From assembly GCA_964458105.1 (NCBI GenBank), contig CAYWJJ010000014.1:7249-71248 (forward strand): DNA of 64,000 bases, given 5' to 3'. Made by a program: the position numbers and the translations under genes. This stretch comes from an uncultured Geobacter sp. (GTDB lineage: Bacteria; Desulfobacterota; Desulfuromonadia; Geobacterales; Pseudopelobacteraceae). This document shows positions 1 to 9,972 of the stretch, piece after piece; within the stretch, counting starts at the first letter, position 1; every line of letters begins with the position of its first letter. The notes beneath the pieces were generated by a model, which saw only the letters and a program-made list of their open reading frames with translations, made no database searches and had not been told where the DNA came from.

Positions 1-1
1 C

Positions 2-1645
2 CGGTCCGGCGTGATCACAATGGCGGTGGCCTCGCTTTTGGCGGGTTACGGTAATGCCGAAGCATTCGAGATTCCGACGGAGCACGAGGATTTCAAGGTC
101 AACTGGGACACCTCCATCAGGTACAACCTCGGTTACCGGGTCGGGAAAGCTGATTCGGCTATTATGGCAAATCCCGACCTTGATGACGGAGAGCGTAACT
201 TCAGGAACGGTATAGTAACAAGCCGGCTGGATCTGCTGTCTGAGCTGGATGTCTCCTACAAGAAGTCGTACGGCTTCCGCTTAAGCGGCGCCGGTTGGTA
301 TGACCCGGCTTATGCTGATGGTCTGTACAAAGATCAGGCCACTTCCAATGCCCGTGACTCGAACGGAAACGCTGAAGCCATCAATTCCTACACAAAACGC
401 TACTACCTCGGTCCAAGCGGTGAATTGCTGGACGCATTCGCATTTGGAAAGTTTGAAATTGCGGAAATCCCTGTCCAGGTCAAAGTGGGTCGCAACACCC
501 AGTTCTGGGGCGAAGGACTGGGGTTCAACGCGGCACTGAACGGTATTTCATACGCCCAGATGCCGATCGACGTCGCCAAGGCGTATGCTGTGCCGAACAC
601 TGGGGCGAAAGAGCTTTTCCGGCCGCTCAACAATATCAGCATTACCGCTCAACCGACCAGCACGCTGACAGTGATGGGGCAATATTTTCTGGAGTGGGAA
701 CCTAACCGCTATCCCGAAGCGGGGTCATACATGGCGCCCTACGACTATCTCTTTAATGGCGGCATCGGTTCCCAGCAGTTTCTGGCTTTCGGTTTGACCA
801 GGGGCAACGATATACGTCCCAAGGATGCCGGGGACTGGGGTGTTGGTCTGCGCTGGAGCCCCGAGGCACTGAACGGTACAACCTTCGGCGCCTACTATCG
901 AAATTTTTCCGACAAGATGCCCCAGGCGCATGCAGACATCGATACCGGCCAGTTGCGGTTCGCCTACGCCGACAATATCGATCTGTACGGTTTGAGCTAC
1001 TCCCAGCAGATTCTGGGCGTCAGCGTCGGGGCGGAACTTTCGTACCGCCGAAACATGCCGCTTCTGAACGTAGGCGCGGCAGTGACGACGGCAGGTCTTC
1101 CAAGGGGCGGGGACGTGGCGACCGCACGTGGCGACACCCTGCATGCGGTTTTGAACTTCCTGGGTCTGATCAACCGGACGCCGCTGTTTGATTCGGCCCA
1201 ATGGATCGTGGAATTCAACTGGGGCAATTATTTGAAAGTAACCAAGGATACGATAGACGCAAACAACCCTAACGGGACGTTCATGGGATATGGCAGTTAC
1301 ACAGATATCAACCGTGCCACGAAAGATTTCGTCTCGATTGACCTGAACTTCGCCCCGACCTGGTTCCAGGTGTTCCCCGGTGCGGATCTGAGCGTGCCAC
1401 TGTACTACGGCCGAGGTTTGCGCGGCAACAGTCCCACCAACATCATTCAGAAGGATGCCGGTTCCTGGAGTGCAGGATTGTCGATCGATTATCTTGCGCG
1501 GCATAAATTCGATCTGCTCTACGTCGATTATTTCGGCAAGAACAGAATCGATCAGGCAACCGGCGCGGTAGCTGTCAACAATGGCGATCCGGCCCTGCTC
1601 AAGGACCGCGGCACGATTTCATTCACCTACAGATATACATTCTAG
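2..1645 (+). CDS. DUF1302-family outer-membrane protein (5' end lies outside the window)
   Basis: ORF track 11..1645 begins at a GTG, but the frame stays open back to nt 2. The first residues (..AVASLLAGYGNAEA/FEIP) look like the end of a signal peptide. The N-terminal FKVNWDTSIRYNLGYRV and the C-terminal ..ISFTYRYTF (terminal aromatic residue, beta-barrel-like) are typical of DUF1302 proteins, which sit next to DUF1329. Confidence 0.75.
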   Translation, partial: RSGVITMAVASLLAGYGNAEAFEIPTEHEDFKVNWDTSIRYNLGYRVGKADSAIMANPDLDDGERNFRNGIVTSRLDLLSELDVSYKKSYGFRLSGAGWYDPAYADGLYKDQATSNARDSNGNAEAINSYTKRYYLGPSGELLDAFAFGKFEIAEIPVQVKVGRNTQFWGEGLGFNAALNGISYAQMPIDVAKAYAVPNTGAKELFRPLNNISITAQPTSTLTVMGQYFLEWEPNRYPEAGSYMAPYDYLFNGGIGSQQFLAFGLTRGNDIRPKDAGDWGVGLRWSPEALNGTTFGAYYRNFSDKMPQAHADIDTGQLRFAYADNIDLYGLSYSQQILGVSVGAELSYRRNMPLLNVGAAVTTAGLPRGGDVATARGDTLHAVLNFLGLINRTPLFDSAQWIVEFNWGNYLKVTKDTIDANNPNGTFMGYGSYTDINRATKDFVSIDLNFAPTWFQVFPGADLSVPLYYGRGLRGNSPTNIIQKDAGSWSAGLSIDYLARHKFDLLYVDYFGKNRIDQATGAVAVNNGDPALLKDRGTISFTYRYTF

Positions 1646-1660
1646 AAGGAGGTAAATTGT

Positions 1661-3013
1661 ATGATTTTTCGTAAAGGATTAGTAACAGCAACCCTGCTGC
1701 TGGGGTACGCGGGAGTCGCCTTCGGGGCGGTTTCCGCCGAAGAAGCCAAGAAGCTCGGTACGACACTCACTCCCATCGGCGCGGAGAAGGCCGGCAACAA
1801 GGATGGCAGCATTCCGGAATACAGCGGTGGCTTGACCTCCGCTCCGGCTGGTTTCAAAAAAGGTTCCGGGCTGCTTCCCGACCCGTTTGCCGCTGAAAAG
1901 CCGCAATTCGTCATCGACCAGAAGAGCATGGGCAAGTATGCCGACAAACTGACCGATGGGCAGAAAACGTTGCTGAAAAAATATCCCAGTTTCCGTATGG
2001 ATGTCTATAAAACCCATCGAACGGCGGCTTTTCCCAAGTTCGTGAACGACAACACGATCAAGCAGGCCACCACGAATAAGACCGCCAATAATGGTCTGAC
2101 GCTGGTTGGAGCTCATGCGTCCTACCCCTTTCCAATTCCGAAGGATGGTTTCGAGGCAATGTGGAACCATATCGTCCGCTATAACGGCAGCACTTCACTT
2201 CTCCATAATCCCAAATCCTGGGTGGTCAACGCTTCCGGCCGTCCGACCATGACCTACCAGTTGGACGAGTTGCTCGACTGGCCTTACTGGAATCCCAAAA
2301 ACGATAAGGCCGACCTGTTCTTCAGGCTCAGGGATATCGCTACCGGTCCCCCCCGCAACGTCGGCGAGATGCTTCTGGTGCTCGATCCGCTTGATATGTA
2401 CGGAAAAGGGCGACGCGCCTGGCAGTATCTTCCCGGCCAGAGGCGGACGAAACTAGCTCCCGACATCAATTACGATACGCCCAATACTCAGCTCAACGGC
2501 GCTACGGCCTATGATGAATGGTGCCTCTTTCTCGGTTCCATGGATCGTTTCGACTTCAAGCTGATTGGTAAGAAGGAAATGTACGTCCCCTACAACAACT
2601 ACAAATTAGTTTTTGGCTCCAAAGCCGAACATATGCTGACTCCGAAACATATCAATCCGGACACTGTACGCTGGGAACTGCACCGGGTCTGGGCTGTCGA
2701 AGCGACCCTCAAGCCGGGCAAACGGCACATCTACAGCAAGCGCGTCTTTTATCTGGATGAGGACAGCTGGACGGCACTCGCCAGTGATGAGTACGATGCG
2801 CGCGGCCAGCTGTACAGGAGCGCTTTCATGTACATGGTGCAGAATTATGATGCAAATACCCCTTATTCATTTACCCACGGCTTCTACGATTTCAATTCCA
2901 ATGTCTATACCCTGGACGTCAATATTGCCGAAACCGGCGGCGTCGTCTACAAACCGATTCGTCCGGACCGGGAGTGGGGCCCCGACGCACTGGCCGGAAG
3001 CGGCGTACGCTGA
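1661..3013 (+). CDS. DUF1329-family periplasmic protein (outer-membrane lipoprotein-sorting-like fold)
   Basis: 450-aa ORF with a signal peptide (MIFRKGLVTATLLLGYAGVAFGA) and an AGGAGG RBS just upstream. Motifs such as YPFPIP..G.E..WNH and its position after DUF1302 match the conserved DUF1302/DUF1329 pair. Confidence 0.8.
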   Translation: MIFRKGLVTATLLLGYAGVAFGAVSAEEAKKLGTTLTPIGAEKAGNKDGSIPEYSGGLTSAPAGFKKGSGLLPDPFAAEKPQFVIDQKSMGKYADKLTDGQKTLLKKYPSFRMDVYKTHRTAAFPKFVNDNTIKQATTNKTANNGLTLVGAHASYPFPIPKDGFEAMWNHIVRYNGSTSLLHNPKSWVVNASGRPTMTYQLDELLDWPYWNPKNDKADLFFRLRDIATGPPRNVGEMLLVLDPLDMYGKGRRAWQYLPGQRRTKLAPDINYDTPNTQLNGATAYDEWCLFLGSMDRFDFKLIGKKEMYVPYNNYKLVFGSKAEHMLTPKHINPDTVRWELHRVWAVEATLKPGKRHIYSKRVFYLDEDSWTALASDEYDARGQLYRSAFMYMVQNYDANTPYSFTHGFYDFNSNVYTLDVNIAETGGVVYKPIRPDREWGPDALAGSGVR

Positions 3014-3030
3014 TTGATTATTTGCTGAAC

Positions 3031-3064
3031 GATACCCCCGGCAGCACCGCTTCCGGGGGGTATC
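3031..3064 (+). terminator. GC-rich hairpin between the DUF1329 gene and the next gene (possible attenuator or weak terminator)
   Basis: gatacccccgg (3031-3041) pairs with ccggggggtatc (3053-3064). Only a weak T-tract (tttgt) follows. Confidence 0.3.
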
Positions 3065-3113
3065 ACCCAGTTTGTATCATCCGGGGCATGCGCCTCATTA
3101 TCCAGGAGAAGAT

Positions 3114-4217
3114 ATGATCCGCCGAATATTAACAGCTGTATGTACCACATGCTTACTTGCGTTTCCCTGTGCCGCAGCCACACCTGTTTTCCAGGATGTG
3201 CTCGACACCCCGGCGCTGGAAAGCCCACTGGCCATAAAAAACCTGCTGAACGGTGTCGCAGTGGCTGGTCAGAGGCTGATCAGTGTCGGCCAGCGCGGCC
3301 ATATTCTCTACTCTGACAATCAGGGGAAAAAATGGATCCAGGCCAGCGTACCGGTCAGCTCCGACCTGGTGGCGGTCTCTTTTCCGTCTCCCCAGAAAGG
3401 GTGGGCTGTAGGGCATGATGGAGTAGTGCTGCATAGTTCCAACGGCGGCTTTTCGTGGGTCAAGCAGTTCGATGGCCGCGCCGCAGCACAGGTCATGGCC
3501 AGTTATCACAAGGGGTGGAAGAACTGTTCAAGCTGTCATGATAAAATTGCGACCCCCAAATCAACACCTCAGGGAACGGAAGCCGGTCTGATGGCCGATC
3601 TCAAGAGTTTCACCGAACAAGGGGCGGACAAGCCATTTTTAGATGTCTGGTTCGAGAACGAAACCACCGGTTTCATTGTCGGCGCATACAATCTCATCTT
3701 CCGTACGGTTGACGGCGGCAAGAGTTGGGAACCGTGGTTCGACCGGACCGAGAACAGCAAACGCTACCACCTGTATGCGATCCGGCCCGTCGGCCAGGAT
3801 CTGTTCATCAGCGGCGAGCAAGGTCTCGTATTGAAGCTGGACCGCAAGACGGGGCGTTTTGCGGCCCTGAAAACACCCTACAACGGTTCGTTCTTCGGGA
3901 TAACGGGAAAAGCCGGGGTAGTGATCGCATTCGGATTGCGCGGCAATGTATTCCGGAGCATTAACGGAGGTTCTGTCTGGCAGAAGGTGGAAACCGGGGT
4001 CCAGGCAGGACTCTCCAGCGGGACCATAACAGAGGACGGAAAAATTGTGCTGGTCAGCCAGAACGGCGATGTGTTGGTGAGCGGGGACGATGGGGCCAGC
4101 TTCAAACCGCTCAAGATGGAACAGCCAATCTTCGCCACCTCAGTTGCCGCAGTCAATAAGGATACCCTGCTGATCGCCGGACTGCGAGGCGTTCTGGTAA
4201 AGTCTCTTAAACAATAA
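3114..4217 (+). CDS. Ycf48-like / BNR(Asp-box) beta-propeller protein (photosystem II stability/assembly factor-like)
   Basis: I prefer the ATG at 3114, which follows AGGAGA, over the ORF-track start at 3072. There is a signal peptide (MIRRILTAVCTTCLLAFPCAAA). Repeated S.D.G..W motifs (SDNQGKKW, SSNGGFSW, TVDGGKSW, SINGGSVW, SGDDGASF) occur at propeller spacing. Confidence 0.7.
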   Translation: MIRRILTAVCTTCLLAFPCAAATPVFQDVLDTPALESPLAIKNLLNGVAVAGQRLISVGQRGHILYSDNQGKKWIQASVPVSSDLVAVSFPSPQKGWAVGHDGVVLHSSNGGFSWVKQFDGRAAAQVMASYHKGWKNCSSCHDKIATPKSTPQGTEAGLMADLKSFTEQGADKPFLDVWFENETTGFIVGAYNLIFRTVDGGKSWEPWFDRTENSKRYHLYAIRPVGQDLFISGEQGLVLKLDRKTGRFAALKTPYNGSFFGITGKAGVVIAFGLRGNVFRSINGGSVWQKVETGVQAGLSSGTITEDGKIVLVSQNGDVLVSGDDGASFKPLKMEQPIFATSVAAVNKDTLLIAGLRGVLVKSLKQ

Positions 4218-4268
4218 ATCTGGTTTTTCACTTGGCTCAAGTGACCTTTTTCAAGCTGCAAAAGCATT

Positions 4269-4376
4269 CCCTCCCCCTTGGCGGGGGAGGGTTAGGGTGG
4301 GGGGGAAGTTGATATGGAATGCACAAAGTTGTTGCTTCACCCACCCCCCTAACCCCCTCCCGTCAAGGGAGGGGGG
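4269..4376. repeat. Inverted pair of GC-rich REP-like elements (hairpin CCCTCCCCC-loop-GGGGGAGGG plus TTAGGGTGGGGG)
   Basis: Unit A is 4269-4305 (ccctcccccttggcgggggagggttagggtggggggg). Unit B is 4339-4376 (cacccacccccctaaccccctcccgtcaagggagggggg), which is the near reverse complement. The same element type recurs at 15568-15674. Confidence 0.8.
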
Positions 4377-4447
4377 ACATGATTCTGATGCAACTTGAGT
4401 TTTGTAGATAACCAGAACAATAAATTACAGTTACGGAGAGCGTTCCC

Positions 4448-6925
4448 ATGGCCGTTGGAATGGACAAAATTGACGATATGCCGGTTGTGCAGGATTTGAA
4501 GGACTTTGACCAGTCATCCGGTAACATTCTGGAGCGTATGATCTTCAACAACCGGATAGCGGTGGTGATTGTCTGCGCAGCGGTGACGCTGGTGCTGGCC
4601 TACCAGACGACAAAAATCGTGTTCAACGCGAGTTTTGAGAAGATGATTCCCCAGAGTCAGCCGTACATCAAGAACTACCTCCAGAACAAGAGCGAATTGC
4701 GCGGCCTCGGTAACTCAATCAGGGTTGTGGTGGAAAACACCACGGGAGACATCTTCGATCCCGAGTACATTGAAGCCTTGAAACAGGTCAATGATGCCAT
4801 CTTCCTGACCCCCGGCATCGATCGTCCCTGGATGAAATCGATCTGGATGCCTGCCGTGCGCTGGGATGAGGTCACCGAGGAGGGGTTCAAGGGCGGGGCC
4901 GTCATGCCGGATACCTACGACGGTTCGCAGAAAAGCATCGATCAACTCAGGCAGAACATAGGCCGTTCCGGGGTGGTCGGAGATCTGGTGGCGGATAATT
5001 TCAAATCATCGGCGATCTTTTGTCCTCTGCTGGATATTGACCCGGCTACAGGAAAACCGATCGATTACAGTGCACTTTCCAAAAAACTTGAAGAAATCAG
5101 GGCAAAATACAGCAGTGCCTCAGGGGCCAACGGCAAGCAGAGCGGCAAGATCAAGATTCACATCGTCGGCTTTGCAAAGCTGGTTGGCGACCTTCTCGAC
5201 GGCTTGATGCAGGTCATGACCTATTTCCTTGTCGCAGCCCTGATCGCCGGGATCGTGATCTACATCTACACCCGCTGCATACGGAGTACCCTGTTGGTGA
5301 TCGCCTGTTCCATCGTGGCGGTGCTCTGGCAGCTCGGTTTTGTCTCCACGCTCGGCTTCGAGCTTGATCCATACTCGATCCTGGTACCGTTTCTGGTCTT
5401 TGCCATCGGCGTATCCCATGGCGTGCAGAAGATGAACGGTATCATGCAGGACGTGGGACGCGGCACCCACCGCCTGGTTGCCGCCCGTTACACCTTCCGG
5501 CGCCTGTTCCTGGCCGGCATGACGGCTCTGTTGGCCGATGCGGTCGGTTTTGCCGTACTGATGTTCATCGACATCCCGGTCATCAAGGACCTGGCGCTGA
5601 CCGCCAGCATCGGCGTTGCGGTTCTCATCTTTACCAATCTTTTGTTGTTGCCGGTGCTGCTCTCTTTTGTCGGCGTAAGTCTTAGCGCTGCTCAAAGGAG
5701 CCTGCAGGAAGATACCGAGGAGAGCAAAGGAAAGGGCATCGGGGCGATCTGGGGATTCCTCGACCGCTTTACCGAGCGGCGCTGGGCGCTGGGAGCTATT
5801 TCGGTTGCAGGAATCCTGGCTGTGGCCGGATTCATTATCAGCCTCAATCTGAAAATCGGCGATCTGGACCCCGGAGCACCCGAACTCAGGCCCAATTCCC
5901 GCTACAACCGGGATAATGCCTACATCACTGCCAACTATGCGCTTTCCAGCGACCAGTTCGCGGTGATTTTAAAGACCCCTCCCGATGGCAGCCAGAAGTA
6001 CGAAACGCTGATCGAGGCTGACCGTCTCGCCTGGGCGCTTCAGCAGATCCCAGGCGTGCAGACGACAGTTTCTCTGGTCGATTCGGTGCGCCAGATTACG
6101 GCCGGCTCCAATGAGGGGAGTCCCAAATGGCTGGCCCTTTCCCGCAATCAGGCGGTGTTGAACTACGGCGGCCATCAGTCGATGGTCAACAATCCCGATC
6201 TGTTTAATAACGACGGCACGGTCATGCCGATTATCGCCTACCTCTCCGATCACAAGGCTGCGACCCTGGAACGGGTGGTCAAGGTGGCATCCGATTTCTC
6301 CGAAAAACACAGTACGCCGGACCGTCAATTCCTGCTGGCAGCGGGAAGTGCGGGGATCGAGGCGGCTACCAACATCGTCGTCAGGGAGTCAAACCGCACC
6401 ATGCTCCTGTACGTCTACTCCGCTGTCATCCTGCTCTGCTTCATTACCTTCCGCAGCTGGCGCGCTGTGCTGGTGGCGGTTCTGCCGCTGGTCGTCACGT
6501 CGATCCTCTGTGAAGCGCTCATGGTGATGCTCGGTATCGGCGTGAAGGTGGCAACGCTGCCGGTCATCGCACTGGGGGTCGGCATCGGTGTCGATTACGC
6601 TCTTTATCTGCTGAGCGTTCAGCTGCACCAGCAGCGCAATGGTCTGCCACTTGGCGAGGCTTACAAACGGGCGGTCCAGTTCACCGGCAAGGTCGTCGGT
6701 CTGGTCGGTATCACGCTGGCAGCGGGTGTCGTCACCTGGGCGTTTTCGCCAATTAAATTCCAGGCCGACATGGGGATCCTGCTGACCTTCATGTTTGTCT
6801 GGAACATGATCGGGGCGCTCGTGCTGATTCCAGCTCTCTCCCACTTCCTGCTCAATAACGTAAAAGTCGGGGATACGGCAGCGGAGACAGAGAAAACCGG
6901 ATTATTGGAAAGTGAAGCGCTGTGA
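4448..6925 (+). CDS. RND-superfamily exporter (MMPL-like, two 6-TM bundles with two large periplasmic loops)
   Basis: 825-aa ORF with two hydrophobic blocks (about aa 250-420 and 660-800) separated by large soluble domains. It is the fourth member of the conserved DUF1302/DUF1329/BNR/RND module. Confidence 0.8.
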   Translation: MAVGMDKIDDMPVVQDLKDFDQSSGNILERMIFNNRIAVVIVCAAVTLVLAYQTTKIVFNASFEKMIPQSQPYIKNYLQNKSELRGLGNSIRVVVENTTGDIFDPEYIEALKQVNDAIFLTPGIDRPWMKSIWMPAVRWDEVTEEGFKGGAVMPDTYDGSQKSIDQLRQNIGRSGVVGDLVADNFKSSAIFCPLLDIDPATGKPIDYSALSKKLEEIRAKYSSASGANGKQSGKIKIHIVGFAKLVGDLLDGLMQVMTYFLVAALIAGIVIYIYTRCIRSTLLVIACSIVAVLWQLGFVSTLGFELDPYSILVPFLVFAIGVSHGVQKMNGIMQDVGRGTHRLVAARYTFRRLFLAGMTALLADAVGFAVLMFIDIPVIKDLALTASIGVAVLIFTNLLLLPVLLSFVGVSLSAAQRSLQEDTEESKGKGIGAIWGFLDRFTERRWALGAISVAGILAVAGFIISLNLKIGDLDPGAPELRPNSRYNRDNAYITANYALSSDQFAVILKTPPDGSQKYETLIEADRLAWALQQIPGVQTTVSLVDSVRQITAGSNEGSPKWLALSRNQAVLNYGGHQSMVNNPDLFNNDGTVMPIIAYLSDHKAATLERVVKVASDFSEKHSTPDRQFLLAAGSAGIEAATNIVVRESNRTMLLYVYSAVILLCFITFRSWRAVLVAVLPLVVTSILCEALMVMLGIGVKVATLPVIALGVGIGVDYALYLLSVQLHQQRNGLPLGEAYKRAVQFTGKVVGLVGITLAAGVVTWAFSPIKFQADMGILLTFMFVWNMIGALVLIPALSHFLLNNVKVGDTAAETEKTGLLESEAL

Positions 6926-6964
6926 GAGCAAGACAGTATTAATACAAATGAATGGAGGTAATAG

Positions 6965-8527
6965 ATGCTTAAAACGTTATGTCTATCAATAGCTTTACTT
7001 TTTCTGACAACCGGGATCGCGCCGGAGGCAATGGCCTTCTCCAGGGAGTCGCTGGTCTGGAAGAAATGCACCGGCTGCCATGAGCCGGCCAATGGCAAAA
7101 TCCCGCGCGTTGAAGAGGTGCGAACAACGCCGGAAGAATGGACTGTAATTGTTGATCGCATGTCCCGGCTTTACGGGATGGATCTGACGAAGAAGGAAAT
7201 GGACGTTCTTCTGAAGGAACTCTGCTCAACCCAGATTCTTACCCCCGCCGAACTGGACAAGGTTTCCTATCTCAACCTGATGAACAACCCGCAAACGCTT
7301 GAAAGTCCCGCCGGGGCCATCCAGGAGAAGCTGTTTACAACCTGTGTCCGCTGCCACAGCGCCGGAAAAATCAACTCTTACAGAATGAACGAACCCTCCT
7401 GGGCAAAAGTTCGTGACCTTCACCTGTATTTGTATCCGACGACCGTTTACCAGATGCGCGAGATGAAATGGGTTAATGGAGCCGATGCCGTGCTTGCCGA
7501 TCTGGCCAAAAGTCATTCCTACGGCCAGTCATGGAAGACACCGGCGGAAAAGCCGGCCGGCGCCTGGCTGATTCTCGGGTATGAGCCGGGCAAGGGCGAC
7601 TACCGTGGCCAGGCAACCATTACCTCCGGCAGCAATGACGAGTATACCGTCCAGGGAAGCATTACCTTTTCCGACGGGACCTCTGAAAATTTCCGCGGCG
7701 AGGCGACCCTGTACGGCGGGCACGCCCTGCGGACCCGGACTTCCCATAACGGGCTGAAGACCCTGGGCGCCTTCACCTTCGCGGAAGGCAGCATAAAAGG
7801 GGAACACCACTACCCGGCTCCCGATTTCAGAACATCGTCTAGCAGTTGGTATCCGGCCAATGGGAATCCGCAGTTGCTCAAGGTGTCGCCTGGTTTCATG
7901 CTGAAGGGCGAAGTGACAAAACTGGTCCTGGAAGGGATCAGGCTTCCCGATGCAGCGACCGGTGACATCCGCTTCTCAAGCGGTTCGGTGGAGGTGCAGT
8001 CGGTGCGTCGAATCAGCCCGGAGGCCCTGGAAGTGCTTGCGGTATCCCGGGAAGACGGGCTGCTGAAGGCGGAAGTCGGCATCAAGGGACTCAACGGGGT
8101 TCCAGTGGTTCTTGCAAAACAGATCGATTCAATTTCCATCACTCCGGAAATGGGCCGTGCCCGATTGGCCGGAGGAAAAGCGTTCCCGTCCGAAGGTGTC
8201 CAGTTTGACACAATTGCTTTTGCGCATGGCGGCAAGAGTTTGAAGCCTGAGGACGCCCTGCGGCTCGGACCGGTTCCGGCCACGTACAAGCTCACAGCTG
8301 AAGTCAAACGTCCTAATGATGATGATCTGCAATGGATGGGGATGATCCACGCCGGCGGCAAATATATTCCCTTTAGCGATTACGGCGCGGTTCCGACACG
8401 TGCCCAGCAGGTGGAATCAAGCGGATTGGCCAGGGTGGAGGCGACCTACAAGCGGGGCGAGCGCCAGTACAGCGCCAAAGCCAGAATGGTGGTAACCCTG
8501 CCTGACTTTATCCCGAGGATTAAATAG
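6965..8527 (+). CDS. qhpA: Quinohemoprotein amine dehydrogenase alpha subunit (di-haem c)
   Basis: Signal peptide present. Two CXXCH motifs (CTGCH, CVRCH). The N-terminal KKCTGCHE...RV.E.RTTPEEW...V.RM pattern and the ~520-aa length are typical of QhpA. It is followed by qhpD, qhpC and qhpB. Confidence 0.85.
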   Translation: MLKTLCLSIALLFLTTGIAPEAMAFSRESLVWKKCTGCHEPANGKIPRVEEVRTTPEEWTVIVDRMSRLYGMDLTKKEMDVLLKELCSTQILTPAELDKVSYLNLMNNPQTLESPAGAIQEKLFTTCVRCHSAGKINSYRMNEPSWAKVRDLHLYLYPTTVYQMREMKWVNGADAVLADLAKSHSYGQSWKTPAEKPAGAWLILGYEPGKGDYRGQATITSGSNDEYTVQGSITFSDGTSENFRGEATLYGGHALRTRTSHNGLKTLGAFTFAEGSIKGEHHYPAPDFRTSSSSWYPANGNPQLLKVSPGFMLKGEVTKLVLEGIRLPDAATGDIRFSSGSVEVQSVRRISPEALEVLAVSREDGLLKAEVGIKGLNGVPVVLAKQIDSISITPEMGRARLAGGKAFPSEGVQFDTIAFAHGGKSLKPEDALRLGPVPATYKLTAEVKRPNDDDLQWMGMIHAGGKYIPFSDYGAVPTRAQQVESSGLARVEATYKRGERQYSAKARMVVTLPDFIPRIK

Positions 8528-8529
8528 GC

Positions 8530-9921
8530 ATGCTCTGCGAATGGACCGATCATAAGCTGTTTGGTGTCAAGGACGGTGCAATTCTGTTCGGCGTCGACCA
8601 GGGCAGTCTGTTTCTGATCGACGAGCTGACCCGGGATGTGCTCTCCCGCTGGAATACCGGACCCACTCTGGATCTGGACGATGTCCCGAAGGATGACCGC
8701 GAGATTCTGGAAGGTTTGCGGGGTGCCCGTTTCCTGGCCCCTTCCGGTGCACGGCATCGATTCGAAGTGATTGATTTCGATATCGCATCGATTCCTCTGA
8801 CCACCATGGTGCTGGAGGTGGCTCAGGACTGCAACCTGGCCTGCACCTACTGTTATGCGGAAGGAGGTTCATACGGCAGGCCGGTCCGTCTGCTTGAACC
8901 CGAAACCGCACGGCAGGCGGTCAGAAAACTGGTTGACGATTCGGGAGACAAGGAAACCGTTACCCTGGTGATTTTTGGTGGAGAGCCGCTGCTCAATATG
9001 CCGGCGGTCACAGCCGCCGTGGAAGAAGCTCAGAGACTGTCCCGCGAGAGTGGAAAACGCGTTTTCGTCTCGCTGACGAGCAACGGCACCCTGCTGAATT
9101 CGGACATCATCGATTTTATCCACGCAAACCGGATTGCGGTAGCGGTCAGCCTGGACGGGCCTGCAGATCTGCACGATGCCAACCGGCCGGACGTGAACGG
9201 TTATGGAAGCTACACAACCATAGCCGGCAACCTGGAAGGGCTTCTGAAGGGCGCCACGGCGGCGGTCGCGGCGCGCGTGACCCTGACGCCCGATCAATGG
9301 CCGCGAATCGAAGAGGTGTTTTTCCATCTTCTTGAACTCGGTTTTCATGAGGTGGGAATCGCCCCGGTAAGCCCGGTGCGACGGGAGCTGCTGCCGGATG
9401 CCGAGCAGGAGGAAGCGCTTTTGCAGGGATTCTCGTCCCTGGCGCGATGTTTTCTCAAAGCCGCACAATCAAACCGTTTGCTGCCGTTTACCAACCTGAT
9501 CGACCTTCTGGCCCGGCTGCATCTGGGGCAGACCAAATCCGTTTCCTGCGGTGCGGGCTACGGATACCTGGCAGTTGATACGGAGGGAGGCTTTTACGTT
9601 TGCCATCGTCTGGTCGGAGATGAATCCTTCCGGGTCGGCAGTCTTGACGGCGGGGCCGATCCCGCAGAAATACGCCGGGCTTTGGACTCGGTCACCTGCG
9701 GCAAGCAGGAGATGTGCCGTGGTTGCTGGGCTAGAACCCTCTGTTCCGGCGGTTGCCACTACGAGAACCATCTCAGGGAAAATCTGCTGGGGCTTGCTCC
9801 GGGAGGCAGTTGTGACTTCATCCGCCGCTGGTTTCAACTGGGTATCGAGCTCTATGCGGAACTGAGGCGTTCCGGTGCGGATGAGTTTCTGCAGCGGCTG
9901 GGGAAACGGGTTAAATGCTGA
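8530..9921 (+). CDS. qhpD: Radical SAM/SPASM maturase for the QHNDH gamma subunit (thioether crosslinking)
   Basis: CNLACTYC (CxxxCxxC) radical-SAM motif. C-terminal Cys clusters (CGAGYGY...VCHR; CGKQEMCRGCWARTLCSGGCHYEN) indicate a SPASM domain. It starts 3 nt after the qhpA stop. Confidence 0.85.
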   Translation: MLCEWTDHKLFGVKDGAILFGVDQGSLFLIDELTRDVLSRWNTGPTLDLDDVPKDDREILEGLRGARFLAPSGARHRFEVIDFDIASIPLTTMVLEVAQDCNLACTYCYAEGGSYGRPVRLLEPETARQAVRKLVDDSGDKETVTLVIFGGEPLLNMPAVTAAVEEAQRLSRESGKRVFVSLTSNGTLLNSDIIDFIHANRIAVAVSLDGPADLHDANRPDVNGYGSYTTIAGNLEGLLKGATAAVAARVTLTPDQWPRIEEVFFHLLELGFHEVGIAPVSPVRRELLPDAEQEEALLQGFSSLARCFLKAAQSNRLLPFTNLIDLLARLHLGQTKSVSCGAGYGYLAVDTEGGFYVCHRLVGDESFRVGSLDGGADPAEIRRALDSVTCGKQEMCRGCWARTLCSGGCHYENHLRENLLGLAPGGSCDFIRRWFQLGIELYAELRRSGADEFLQRLGKRVKC

Positions 9922-9972
9922 TCTCATCATATTTAAACAGGCTGATTAATGCCAATGGAGGATCAAATCATT

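Noticed and set aside
4308-4320. Shared 11-mer tgatatggaat between the REP spacer and the waaC-upstream repeats (30582, 35025)
   Set aside because: An 11-nt match is expected many times by chance in 64 kb. No similarity extends beyond it.
4269-4376. Possible CRISPR array or transposon inverted repeats
   Set aside because: There are only two units per locus, in inverted rather than direct orientation. No spacer periodicity, cas genes or transposase are present. The behaviour is that of a REP-like intergenic element.
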